From contig SMSO01000004.1 of NCBI GenBank assembly GCA_004764695.1, forward strand, positions 124,001 to 188,000: a stretch of DNA of 64,000 nucleotides, written 5' to 3'. The position numbers and the translations under genes are program-made. The notes beneath the pieces were generated by a model, which saw only the letters and a program-made list of their open reading frames with translations, was not told the origin of the DNA and searched no databases. The stretch comes from Schizochytrium sp. TIO01 (taxonomy: Eukaryota; Protista; Bigyra: Labyrinthulomycetes). This document shows positions 10,140 to 22,651 of this stretch, one piece after another (the stretch's first letter is position 1; every line of letters starts with the position of its first letter).

Positions 10140-11417
10140 TTGAAAAAATTGTCGATTTGACTTGCAAGACTGGTAAATGCTTGCTTGTTCTAAGCATTGC
10201 TTAAGTCGAGGTTACAAAGGTATTGAGAGGGTATCAAAATGTGGGCAGTTATGATTTGAAGCAAATCCTATTTGTAGTCCCGTGCAACTCTCAAAGTATA
10301 TTTTCCAAACGGACGGTATGAAAGACTCTATACCCTCGCTCCACTTTGCCAGGTTGGCTGCACTGTGCTAACTATAGTATCTTTCGGTAACCGACTTTGT
10401 AAGCCACCTATGTAAGGAAGATATCTTTCCAACCATGGTAATTAACCTGTGCAATCAGTATCTACAGTGCAATCAATGTTATTGATTGGATATCTATCCT
10501 CGCTCTCTTGTGATTGAATTCGTACGAGAATTGATAATTCCCTGTGCTTTTATCCTTTTGATAAACATCAACAAAAAAATCATATTATGTTTCCTATTTA
10601 CTGTGTCCTCGATCATCAGAATAATCCGTACATGTGTGGTGGCTACCAGCCTATATTATCTTCAATATGCGATAAACTCCATTAATGGTATTTGTCATGC
10701 TAAAGAGAAGTGGATGATGTTTTTATGAAATGATATGAAATGATAAGTTGAATAAAGAAATGTATGGCTGTTGAATTTAATTGCGCATAAATCCGACATT
10801 CCAAGTATGTTACTAATGTTAGACGTAAGTAACTTAAGCAAGGTCTCTAGCTCTTTGTTTGCTTGGCGTGCTCAGATAGGAGGAGAAAGACATCAGATTA
10901 TAGAAGTCCTGAAAAAAAAGAAGGTATGTTGTTATTTTGCTTAGAAAGTAAAAGAAAAAGAGGAGTGAAGAAACAAGCACATACAGAAGCAGTCTGCGTA
11001 ATTGTCTGTGCATGGGGAAGAAAAAAGAGATCCCCGCCTAAGAGTCATTCTTTGTATGCATGGAAGGTAAGTAGTATATTTGTATGGTGGGAGAGAGACT
11101 CGGAGGGTTTCTTTCTTTCAAGAAGAAAAGATGGGGAGACCATTTTGAGTAACAGCAATCAATTGAATGCCGCAGGTCTTGCCCGGAATCGATAGTAAGC
11201 AGCGTTCCGCGAGGCTAGGCACAAATGCGGTAAGATTGCAAAATCGATACAATGGATCTAGTCATTTGAAATGGTGGCGCTGCCTCGGCATGAGGTGGAA
11301 ACAACTTGGATACATACACCTGTACTATGCAGTGCAACGCAGTACAGCACAGCACATCAATAGAACAGGGTAGTTCAACACGCTGGCGTACAGGCCGAAA
11401 CAAATTCGAGAGCAGCC

Positions 11418-11942
11418 TTAGCGCACGAGGATGTTCATAAACTTGCGCTTGGAGAAGCCCATCCAGAACTTGTCTGGTGCTGCGTCAGAGTGAGCGTAGA
11501 GCTTCTCTAGCAAGCGAAGGCCGCACTCCTCGCGAAGCTGCTTGAGGTAGTTTCGGGCGCGGTCCTCCTCGTCACGACTTTTGGGAGCGGGGATGTGGCC
11601 ACCAAGCAGCCAGCCAGACTCACCAGGGAGAGGAAATTTCTCCTTAGCAAGTTCAAACATAATCTTTACTCCAGATTGTTTGCTGCTAGCCTTCTCCATA
11701 CGTTTCATGCACTGCGAGATGAAGAGCGTGAGGAAAATAATGATACGGTCCGAGGGGCTCTCAATGGTGTAGCTTGCAAAGAGCACATTGGCGCGGTAGA
11801 ACTTGATGGCCTCGTCAATGATATCCTCATCATCGCCACTAGCCTGAGGGGCAGGTCCTCGCACAGCAGTCTTGAGCGGAAGGATCGGCATGCCAATCAC
11901 CTCGGCCTCGTTATCCTGGAACACAGAGTGGTAGGCAGGCAT
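11418..11942 (-). CDS. ARPC3: Arp2/3 complex subunit 3 (p21-Arc)
   Basis: MPAYHS, LPLKTAVRGPAP, DIIDEAIKFYRANVLF, KFWMGFSKRKFMN. A possible 5'UTR intron lies at ~11954-12222. Confidence 0.97.
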   Translation of the reverse strand: MPAYHSVFQDNEAEVIGMPILPLKTAVRGPAPQASGDDEDIIDEAIKFYRANVLFASYTIESPSDRIIIFLTLFISQCMKRMEKASSKQSGVKIMFELAKEKFPLPGESGWLLGGHIPAPKSRDEEDRARNYLKQLREECGLRLLEKLYAHSDAAPDKFWMGFSKRKFMNILVR

Positions 11943-13424
11943 TGTGGATTTAACTAAATCTCAATATATTTCACTTGCGATTTGCGAAGAAACAAAAGAA
12001 GCTACTTCCACTTCGAAAGGATGTATCCAACAAGATTGCTCAAGTATTCCAAAGTTCCTATCGAGATGTTTCCACGAGGAATACAGCTCTGTCTTGGTAT
12101 TGATGTCAAGATACCAATACAAAACAAAGACAGAGAGCTAAAGAGATACTTTGACCGACGCAGCGAGCGAGGGAGCCGTAATCTGAGGCCTTTCCGCGAG
12201 TGTCTTCTTCGCTAAAACCTACACAGCGAGCACTGGAGCGGCAAGGAGATCTTCCGTGCCGAGTCTCTCGCGCCAGCTGGTCTACGTACGGGCTCTGCTT
12301 GGGCCAAATCGAAGCGGGGTCTGCGTAGAATGGAATTGACTGCCCTTCTCTCCTCTTCTCTATCTATCTATCTCTCTATCGATCTATCAATCTATTTATT
12401 TGCACAAGGGACTATATCCTGAACATGTGCGTGGCGACGCGACCGTACTAAAACCATTCTATTACATGATCCTAAGGCTAGAACTATACAAAACATTAAG
12501 AATTGGCCTTATCTTCTAAAACGTAATTCGTTTCCTATTTCTCTATCTTTCGCACACTGGGAAATGTGGTGTTAGGTTTAAAGATAGGTAGTGATTAAGG
12601 ACGCATGAATAGTGTACCTGTGTACTTGCGTCAGGTCTCGCGAGGTATATTCGGGAGCATTCGGATTATGCATCGATACATATATGGTGCAATGGAGGTG
12701 GCGCTCTGGAGAAGTGATCGTATGAGAGGATGTACCGAATTATGGTTGAGAGTATAGCCTCGAGTTTGGATTCGGTGGATAATCTGGTATTCATGAAGAA
12801 ATTAAGTTTGTGATCTAGTAACACATGACTCTTGGCAAAGAGCAATGTTCGCCAGCGACTATGGATGAAGAGTTGACGAAAGTGAACAGGAAAATGATAG
12901 ATAGAGTGAATATTCATTGTGTGTGGTTTCTTTATGTGCACTCAACATCTAGTTTTATTTTGGACCATGGGGTAAAGTTTACTTGTCTTACACCCGGCCT
13001 TGAGAGCTGAAAATCTAGCATTAGCACACTTTCAAGGCAAGTAGTCCACCAAATCGCTTGAAGCTCATTGCACCATATATGGATTGATGCAGGAAATAAG
13101 AGGCGACCTCGAGGTTGATATTTCAGCAAAGTTTGAGTTAGTACTGAGAAGGGAGATGTTTACAGAGTGGTCGTGCTGACTTTGAGTTTCTAGTATTTTT
13201 AGCCATGTTTCAGGATCTTAATCAAGCGCTTTTTTACCTCTTGGTATGTATTATGTGGACCCAACTTCAATATATCTTTAGTATTTGTAAAACGTCGAAA
13301 AGAAATGACGATACCCTCTCTATACTTTGAGGCAGGAAATGACTCATGACTAGGGGCGGCAAACAACATCAAGACTTGAATATTAACTTTAGATAAGAGC
13401 AGATTGAAGACCTACTCCTCTGAG

Positions 13425-13562
13425 GAGGCATGAGTTTGTGCATTCAATTACACAAGCTACATGAGAACTAAGACGAAGGTAGAGAGCATGAACTTGTGCA
13501 TTCAATTACACAAGCTGCATGAGAATTAAGACGAAGGTAGAGAGGCATGAGCTTGTGCATTC
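13425..13562. repeat. 58-59-bp tandem repeat, about 2.3 copies, with an internal inverted repeat
   Basis: Unit GAGGCATGAGYTTGTGCATTCAATTACACAAGCTRCATGAGAAYTAAGACGAAGGTAGA starts at ~13425, ~13484 and 13542; AGCTTGTG/CACAAGCT stem. Confidence 0.9.
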
Positions 13563-13912
13563 TCCTGTCAGGCTTAAAAGTCAAGATAGGTGAAGGTGTA
13601 AGAAATGAAAGAGGCCAAGAGTAAGGAAGGAAGGGACATCGTACCCAGTTGGTTCCGATGGAAATGCAGAAAGAGGGGGGGCATAAAAAAGTCGCCAGCC
13701 ACGAAAGCTGTAAAAGTACGTTTTTTTATTCTAGCAAAGGCTTGTTTGTGTATGCTGCTGCGCTGTGTGTTGGAGGCCAACGTGACCTCGTTGAAACAAT
13801 AAGCAAAACGCGAAACGCGAAGAGAGAAGAGCATGGCGCAAGAAGTCTCGTGGACATGAGAAGGGGAAAGGTGTTTATAAAAAGGGGTGAAAGATCATAA
13901 GCAAAACTAAAT

Positions 13913-15327
13913 TTACTGGCCGATGCTCATGAGCATGCTGACGTTGCTGCCACCCTCCTTGCCGCTGCTGGGAAGGTAGACAACGTTGCGAGAGCGGGCA
14001 AGGGTGGCGGCGATATCCTTGGCGGCATCAATGCGACGAACCTCAATGAGGCCACGACCGTTCTTCTTAAGGGCTTCAGAAATGAGCTCGGCAGCCTGGG
14101 CCTCACCCTCGGCCTCGATAACGCGGACCTTCTTCTCCTGCTCAGCCTTGGCGACGAGGAACTTGGAGCGCTCAGCCTCCTGGTGGGCGACCTGCTTGGC
14201 CTCGACGGCGGTGGAGAAGTCCTGAGAGAAGAGAACTGTGATTTACAATCCAATGGACAGCAGAGTACATTACATATATACCATCATTATGGAATCAGAG
14301 GTTTATCATCATTTAACAAAAATTTGAGAGACAATTGACCAGTTTAATACAATACATAAATAACAAGCAAAAAAAAGGTGAGTTAGTGATCAATGCGCAC
14401 GCGTTTTCATGGAATGAGAAATTATAGATCCATCGGCGATCCGTCCTAACCTCATATAGCAGTCAAACATTATATCAACAAGTCATCAAGACCGAGGATT
14501 CACCGCGTTCTCGAGGACATGTGAGAAGCTCACACACATATGGTGTCTGATAGATAAGCAGCAGGAGATTCGAACATCTCGACTGCGATACCACGGACAC
14601 CCCTGATGTGAACCTCCATGACGAAAGTCACTACCATAACAATGCAAACGAAGATGCCGCTGTTGCTAAAGGGTATGATGACCTATGTTTGTCCAAGTGA
14701 AAACAAAAGGAATGCAGAGAGGGCGATCTCGAAGATCTGGGTGACGACGTTGAGGACCATGAGCATGGAATCTCTCTAAATATTCGTAAACTTACCGGTG
14801 ACGAGGGAGACATCGTCAAGAGTGATGTGGAAGTTGCGAGCACGGGCCTGGAGGGTCTCAATGATCTGCTGGGAGACCTTCTCACGCATGGTGATGAGCT
14901 GGTCGGCGTTGTACTGGGCGACGACGGACTTGAGGACCTCGTTAACAATGGAGGGGAGGACGCGGTCGTCGTAGTTCTGGCCAAGCTCACGGTGAATCTT
15001 GGGGAGGTTCTCGACCTCGGGTCTGGAAAGGACACGAAGACCGATGTTGACGGTCTGGAGATCCTTAGTGGGGGTGGAGGAGTTCACCACACGGGGCTTG
15101 GACCGGATGGAGTAGATGTACGGTGTCTGGAGGAAGGGCATCTTGAGGTGAGTTCCCTCCGTGCGGGCCACCGGCTGGACACCATCGCGGAGCATATCGT
15201 AAAGCACGGCGGCCTCGCCGGCATCCACGTTGTAGAGAGCATTCTGGCCGGCCCAGCCCACGATGCCGGCAGTCGCGGCGAGCTGCGCCACGCGGGTCAA
15301 GCCCACGGCGACCTGTCGTGCAGCCAT
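13913..15327 (-). CDS. PHB: Prohibitin (SPFH/band-7), two exons 15327-14796 and 14235-13913, 284 aa
   Basis: [37 protein letters not shown]. The splice G|GTAAGT...CACAG|TT restores [31 protein letters not shown]. Exon lengths 532+323 nt = 285 codons. PHB1 vs PHB2 not resolved. Confidence 0.96.
14536..14715 (-). ncRNA. Intronic box H/ACA-type snoRNA candidate (hairpin, H box, hairpin, AUA tail)
   Basis: Hairpin 14683-14626 whose G-U pairs favour the minus strand; ANANNA box ACATCA at 14609-14604; second hairpin 14601-14542 with an internal pocket; ATA at 14541-14539. Both upper stems end 16 nt before their boxes. 5' end uncertain. Confidence 0.62.
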
Positions 15328-15469
15328 CCTTCCTTCAACAGACTATCTGCCTTCCTTCCGAGCGCGACCGGGCTTCCTTGGTTGGCAAACTGAGCGCTTG
15401 CTTTCCTCGCTGCTTTTGTTGCTGATCTGCTCCGCTCCTTTCCTTCACTCATTCATTCTTCACTTATCG

Positions 15470-15606
15470 CAAAACTATTCATTCTTTACTTCATTCACTC
15501 TTTATTATTTATTCCATTATTCACTCATTCATTCATTCATTCATTCATTCATTATCTCTTTCCCTCACTTTCTTTTACTTATCTATTCTTCATTCATTGC
15601 TTCCAC

Positions 15607-15647
<41 letters not shown>

Positions 15648-16445
15648 ACTATCACTCACTCACTTATTAATTGAATTGCTCACTTACTCCTCATCTCTCA
15701 TAGTCACTCATTTCTCTCTTTCTTCTTCTTCTTCTTCTTCTTCTTCTTCTTTTTGAAGCACTCTTTCTTTGCCCATCATTCTTCTTTCTTCCTTTCTTCT
15801 TGAACTCTCTCTCTCTCTCTGTTCTTTTATCTTATTTTTAGTTTCTCTGCCCTTCCTTTCACAACTTAATAAAATAGAAAAGAAAAGAAAAGAAAAGAAA
15901 AGAAAAGAAAAGAAAAGAAAAGAAAAGAAAAGAAAAGAAAAACCTTCCCGCGTGGCTAGCGTTGTGGCTATCCACTCCTAGCGTGTCACTCAGCTGACAC
16001 TTTCTCTTTCACTCTCTCCGTCTGCTTCTTCTTCTTTTCTCTTACTCCTTCGTGCGAAATAAACTCTACTTTGGCTTTCCTCGCTCACTAGGCTTTATTC
16101 GCTTTCTTCACTTTCCGCACTCCTCGCACTGTATACGTATACCGCCTATACTCTACTTTGGGTTTTTGTTTCACAGTGTTATGCTTCGCTTTGCTTTGCT
16201 TTGCTTTGCTCTGCTTTTGCTTTTTCAAGATAAAGCTTAAAAAAGAAGGAACAACTTTCCAGGCATACCGTTTTGACTAAGAGGCGCCTAGCGCGGAGGA
16301 AGGGAGGGATTCTTTCTCTCACGATCCATAACATTTCGTATTGATTGATTGATTGATTGATAAAATAAGAGAAAAGCACTTTCTTCTTTTCTTTTCTTTT
16401 CTTTTCTTTCCTTTTCTTTCCTTTTCTTTCCTTTTCTTTTCTTTT
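15470..16445. repeat. Microsatellite cluster upstream of prohibitin: (TCAT)n, (TC)n, (TTC)n, (GAAAA)n, (TTTGC)n, (TTGA)n, (TTTTC)n
   Basis: Directly visible, e.g. (GAAAA)n at ~15876-15942 and (TC)n at ~15610-15642. Confidence 0.9.
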
Positions 16446-16609
16446 CCTGGCGCAGGCCTAGCCGCCCACATACCCACAACACTAACCATGCCGCAAGAAG
16501 CTCTACTGCAGGAGGCGGTCTAGTAGCTACCTACGCTACCACTAAGAGCCCTACTCTTCTCTTTCTCCCATTGCCTGAAATAAACAGTCTATTGAAACAC
16601 TTTAAGAAT

Positions 16610-16649
<40 letters not shown>

Positions 16650-17683
16650 GATACAGTGATAATGAGCACTTTGAGGTTTAGCGTTTGCAAAGAAGAAGGA
16701 GGAAGAAAGAATCCATCGACGATTCTTGAAAAAGCGGAGTTTGGGCATAGCTCGAGCTTCTCGCAGGCCTCAAAGGAGCGGCGAAAAGACCGCGTCGAGG
16801 AGCCCATGCCCTCCCTGTTCTTGGCGCGCATTTCCTCTAAGTTGTCTCGAAGAAGGCTGAGAACCCCAATTTCGAGACGGATGGAGCGATGGATACACAA
16901 TGAAGTAAACAGCGCCGCAAAACAATTCTGCGACTACTACCCATTAACGCTAGCTGTCCCTACGCGATGCTTTTTATTCCTTTCCTTCTTTCTTTCTTTC
17001 TTTCTCTCTTTGTTTGTTTGTTTGTTTATTTGTTTGTTTGCATTGTAAGTAAGTTAATGTAATCATTATTGTAAACACTGCTGTTGTTGCAGGAATTTTG
17101 ATGCCAAAACTTGGACATTTATTTGCCCATCGCGAAGCTGCTCTGCGATAAAGCGCGTGGACTCAGCAAAAGCCGCGGTGAGAGCCGAACAGTTGGCGGC
17201 AGACTGAGCGCGTATCTCCATAACTGCTGAGAATGCGCAGAGATTGGACACGATAGGTATTCCAGCGATGGACCGATTGATTGCAAATGTGCCTCAACAA
17301 GTCTGGAAAAACCAGGAGAAAAAAGAAAATAGTAAAAGGAAAAGGAAAAAGGAAAAAGGAAAAAGGAAAAGGAAAAGAGTTCTTTACTCACAGAGTCTCT
17401 CTCTTTTCCCGACAAAGAAAAGGCGACGCCAACCAGGGACCCCTTGCGCATGCGCCCCTCTGTCTGTCTCGCCAGCGCGCCTGTCTTTCCCTGTAAAAAA
17501 TTAACAGGACGTGAGTAAAAGGTTCCCTTTTGGCGCTCGCGGAGCAGCTTCGATGCGGTAGTCCTGCGAGGCTCGCAATCACCGCCGAAGGGTCGCGGGC
17601 GCGCCTTCTTTCTCGAAGGCGCTCGGCCACCCATAGCTTCTTTGGCCTCGTGCGGCTATATCCCACTTACGTAGACTGCGGTA

Positions 17684-17742
17684 AAGTGAGTTATAGCCCT
17701 CCGCAAGTGAACTATTTCCTCCACAAGTGAACTATACGCCGC
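17684..17742. promoter_or_regulatory. Three phased AAGTGARYTAT motifs (putative binding-site array)
   Basis: Motif starts at 17684, 17705 and 17725 (spacing 21 and 20 bp) in a GC-rich non-coding island. Confidence 0.35.
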
Positions 17743-20700
17743 AGGAAGTTCCGCGGCGCTCCGCCGTGAAAAGAACGCCTAACCCCTGCTACCGCCCACA
17801 TAGCCTAAACTGTTCTCAGCGCAGAAACCCTTTCCTTGCCTCAGTCGGTCCTAGGTCTCACTTTCTCGTGAAAGCGCCGTAACACATATGAGGAACCGCG
17901 GCACTCTCCTTCAAAACCGGAGAACCGCAACGTATCACGTGGCTTTTCGAGGTTCCTTTCTGCGACGAGCGCTCTTCACGTCCAAAGTCTCGAACGAAGG
18001 GCCTGTTCTTTCCCAAGAGCGCGCGGATCAGAACAGAACTATCAGAACTAAAGAACGAAAGAACAGAACAGGCCGCTTTCTTTTCTTTGTTATTTCCTTT
18101 TGAGTTTTTAAATGTTTGCAATGAAATGAAATGAAATGAAAAGAAATGAAATTGAACTAAATTGTAGTAGGTATACTTAGGCAGAGTATTTCAATTAGTA
18201 TTTTTTAGCTTTAGCTTCGGTTTTCTATTGAGTGAGAGTTTGTTTTATTGTATTGTATGTTGTGTATAGTAAGTGAAAACTAAACTTGAAGTTGTAGTTT
18301 TGAGTTATGGTGCTAAAAGATGAAGGAACGGATAACACATAATCCATGTACAGCAATTGAAAAGTTGTTGAATGATTGTCGCACTTAAACAGTCATTGAT
18401 TGATTGATTCATTTTATTCATTCATTTGATTTAAAGTTGATTGATTTCATTCATTTGATTTTAAATTGATTCATTGATCAATTATTTGATTCATTGATCA
18501 TGAAAAGTAGAAAAGAAAGAAGAAAGAGAGGAACACGCAGACTCCAGAAGAATCAATCGATCGCAGCGACCGCACGCGACGCAGCAGCCAGGCAGCCAGG
18601 CAGCCAGGAGGCCCGGCGGCAAGGCAGCCAGGCAGCCAGGAGCCACCCCCTCTGGCCCTGGCAGCGCCAGCTTCCTCGCGCCGCCTGCAGCTCCGCGGCC
18701 TCGACGCTGGCAACCGAGGAACTTGAGAAAAGAGGCCAAAAAAGAAAAGATGAGGCCTCGACGGGCAGACTAGGAGTCAGAGAGGCTAAATTATAGGGCA
18801 CTCAGGTCCCAGCATTGGAACGGGGAATATAGGCGGGAAGAGGGGCGTTCCAATTGGCGTTCCAAAGCGCGTGGCGCGAGAACTTCTGAGGGATCGTGGA
18901 CCAACTTGGGAAATGCGTGTTTCGTAAGCGAGCTGTGGCAGGAACTCGAGCGAGGTGGCGATCATGGTGCCTGGCGGTGGGTGTGAACTGCAGGCTGGTG
19001 CTGATGGCAAAATTCGGGATGGAGCGAAGAGCGTAGGATAAAATGTTTAGACGTGTTATGGAAAACACGGACTGAGGGTAGACCATTGTGGCTTGCTTTA
19101 GAGGACTACAGGGGACTTACGCATGAGAATATCGCGTAAGGATTGCGATACGAGCTCTACCACGACATGAATTGATTGCTGTTTGTATGAATGCATACTG
19201 GCATGCTGGCATGCTGGCAGAAGGAACTAGGTGATTACCGCTTGAAGAACTGGCTTGAAGAAGGTTCTGCAGATCGTCCTCACCTCGAACTCTTGTGTAA
19301 ATGAGTGATCGTAATCGTTAGAAAACAGAACTCGAACCTGATCAGATCACAAACCAGAGCGAATGAGATTTGTGGGAAATCAAAACCACTACCTAAGTAG
19401 TACCTAGGTAGGTAGGTAGGCAGGCAGGCAGGCACCGAGGCAGTATCTCTTCTTTTGGAATGCTGGAATTTCGGCGTATTCGGCTCCTGCATCTTAATGA
19501 AAGAGTGTGGCGACTGCTATTTTCTGAAGCGTGAGCCGTGCAGAGCTATAATATAAGCCCATTGCTACGCATATCGAAACTACACACTAGGGCACATTAA
19601 TTTGTGTGGAAACAGCGCAACTTTGCAAAAAAAGAATCAAGAGGAAACCTTCACAGATTGCAGATAATCGGCATCTCCTCCATAGGTGCTTCGATCATCT
19701 GAAATCAGAGAGACTTAATGGATATTCTTGCAGAGCTTGCTGATGATGATCTCGAGATGGGAGGCAGAGTAGCTTTATAAGGGAGGAAACAGCCTGTATA
19801 TCAGCTTCGCAGAAGAAACTCGTTTCGCTACTGAGGGTCTTTCGATTTCTGTTGCTTCAAGGTTCCATATTTTTCTCACGCGTTGATGATAGAGTTTGTA
19901 CAGATAAAATAATTTAATTGAATGACACGCGAGAGAGTCCATGTGGATAACGATAGACGAAGAATTACTAAATATGTGCAGAACTTTTGAACCAGCCTTC
20001 TTGCGATCTAATTGCTCCAGCCTTCGAGTTTGGCTATGTACTACTTCGCAGTTGTCCTGTGTTGTCTCTACCATATCACCATATACCTTCCTTAATATAC
20101 TTGCCCAAAATTATTGACTTGGACTTTATTTTATCAAGCCCAGGTTGCCCCATCTTTCATTTTTGTAGTGCCTTTTCTTTTCATTTAAAAATTGAATTTC
20201 ACGCTTTCTCAACTTTCCTATTCAACAACCAAGAAACGAATCCAGAGCTCCTCTCCTTTTAATTAGCGCTTGCATAAGATAGATGTCAGAACCTCTGAGA
20301 AATTCCATGCTTATACAGTTGTGTCTATCGTATCAATCCATTGCATATTTTTAATTAAAAACTCATTTTAGCAAGCTCTCTAGCATAGCGTCTTGAGTGC
20401 TGTCAGTTAACTTTGGAGCATAGGGTTCAGAGTGGTCTATTCTATCATAAAAACAGTTGTTCGCTACGATTGAGCGCCGTCGCCACCCTCGACTGGTCCA
20501 TCATCAGCATCACTAACACCGTGCGGCACTACACCAGGCAGTTAGTTCTACATCTCTGGCAAGAGTAAACTCGATCGAATTCCCTGGAACCGATCATCAG
20601 ATTAGATTTTATGCAGAACTTATACACCTAATGCCCCTTCCAACTTGAACTGAAATATGGTTTCTGTAGGTTGCTCATTTCTGTGGCCTGAGGAGGTGAA

Positions 20701-21445
20701 ACTGATCCATTCCAGCCGTCCGCTCAGGCACATCAAAAAGCCGAGCTTGCAGTCCCTTCCACGCCAGTCAGTACAATCGTCGCTATGGCCATTCACTCAC
20801 CAAGGTCATTCACAAGCTTTACCACCAAATCACCATCCATCGTTTAAGTTAAAATGCACAACACGAGCATGCACACAAAAGGGTAGCTATGTTCTCTCCG
20901 GCTGGCACCACTGTCTACTGCATCGTTCACATTGGCAAGTAACCCCTTTGAGAGCTGGGGCACTGGCACGAGAACACAGCAGTGGCGTAGTAGAAGGTGT
21001 GCCCAAGAGCCGTAGCATTAGGTATTGCTTGGCTCCATTGAACCATCTTCTGCAATCTCGACATCAAAATGAGCAGTCCCCACGAACCTCTTACATCTTG
21101 GAATGGTCTTTTCATTCATGAATATCACACGATGTAGAACCTTCATTCTTAGGCCTGTGCCATTTATTTATCGAGTTGGCAGTTGGCCAATAACGCCGCT
21201 GTTCCAACTCTAAGTCGGCAAACTCTACCTACCGTCGAAGCGGCCAGCGGTGGAAATAAGGGACGTGGCCAGGCCTTCTGAAGAGCAGCGTGGGCCTCTC
21301 CGTCGCCTTCAGGGTCGCTCAGAAAGTAGTTCATGGGATGAGTGCAATCCACACACACATATACACACCCAAATTGGTTTTGGGTGATGATGCTTCTGTC
21401 ACTTTTGATTTAATGTTTATGTCTTTTTCTTTTTTTCTTCTTTTT

Positions 21446-21489
<44 letters not shown>

Positions 21490-22651
21490 TTTTTACACAA
21501 AAAGAGCCTTGAAAAGGTGGGATGCCAAGTGCAGAGCATCCAAAACTGTGTAGAGGCCGGGCCAAAGAAGCCTCGTGAACGTAAGGCGTTCGTGCCGCAG
21601 TCTTGAGAGTCACGCGGCGCCTCCAATCCACGCTTAAGAGCCCTACAATCCACTCGTGATCTACGTATCCCCTGGAAGCCTCAACGGTGGTCGAATACAT
21701 CTAGTTCCATTTTATATTGGGCCTAGACTGGCAGGTGATTAGCAATTGTTTTGGGATGGTGCGAAGGTTACCAAACCGCGAGTACTACGCGCAATCGCGA
21801 TGGAGTTGCCTCGCGGATGGAAGTGATACGAATATTTTTATGGCATAAGTGGGTTTGTATGGTGATGGGAGAAAACTTGTAGGAAAAAAGGCCCTCGAAA
21901 GATGAACGAGTTATCGATAACTTGTCAAAAGAGCAACAGTAGCGCAAAAAGCGAAAGAGCAGTAGACAACAGACCCCTTCGAGCGACAGGCGCCGGCGAG
22001 AGCGAGGCAGCCAGGGACCCCTCTCCCCGCACCACGTCCCAGAAGCGCCCCCGCGTCCCATATATCACCGTGGCCGGCGCGACGTTGAGCCCGCCGTGGC
22101 GTTGCCAGGTCATTCGTACATACACCCAGACAGCTCGTACATATAATATCAATCAGGTCTATCATACACATAAGTAAAGACGGTTTTCGGCAGGTGCCAA
22201 AATAGGTTATCTAGAGCAGACTCGCCTCGTCAGGGCATCATTTCAGGTGACAACGACACTGGTCAGCGTGCTGAGGAAGGTCTCTCGTACGTGTTGCAAT
22301 TGCAGATTTGACGTCGAGAGAATCACCGTTTGGGAGGGCCGATCTGGGACGCAACGGTGGCACCTCTGAAGACGGCTTGCGGAAAGCTGGTATTGACGCT
22401 GTAAAAGGTTGGGATTGTTGACGTGGACGTTGGCAGTATATTCCTGGGGAAGGAAGTTCTGCTCGAAGCTTGTAGTGAGCTGTTTTCTAAAACGAGGACT
22501 GTTATTGCTACACCCTTCAATTGAGTTCTTAGACTACAGGCGCATCCTTCTATCAGTGCGTGTTAGTTGGATTCGCCGTGCGTGGTGAGCCGTGACTGGA
22601 CAGCGTGCTTAGAGACAGGTCTGTGTACCACGAAGGTATTTAGCAATCAAT

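Noticed and set aside
14255-14312. C/D snoRNA-like ATGATGA...CTGA near the intron 3' end
   Set aside because: Only 7 nt between the boxes, and no terminal D box.
14563-14582. tRNA T-arm/B-box-like GTTCGAATC on the minus strand
   Set aside because: No D-arm, anticodon arm or acceptor stem; it is the apical loop of the H/ACA-like hairpin.
14595-14635. Hammerhead-like CTGATG...GAAA on the plus strand
   Set aside because: The core is CUGAUGU rather than CUGANGA, and there is no stem II.
15263-17666. Many short Lys/Arg-, Phe/Ser- or Asn/Gln-rich ORFs
   Set aside because: Translations of microsatellites with no protein-family signal.
18897-18955. Frame reading WTNLGNACFVSELWQEL, resembling a USP Cys box
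   Set aside because: Short, followed by stops, and no His box; may be chance or an unrecoverable relic.
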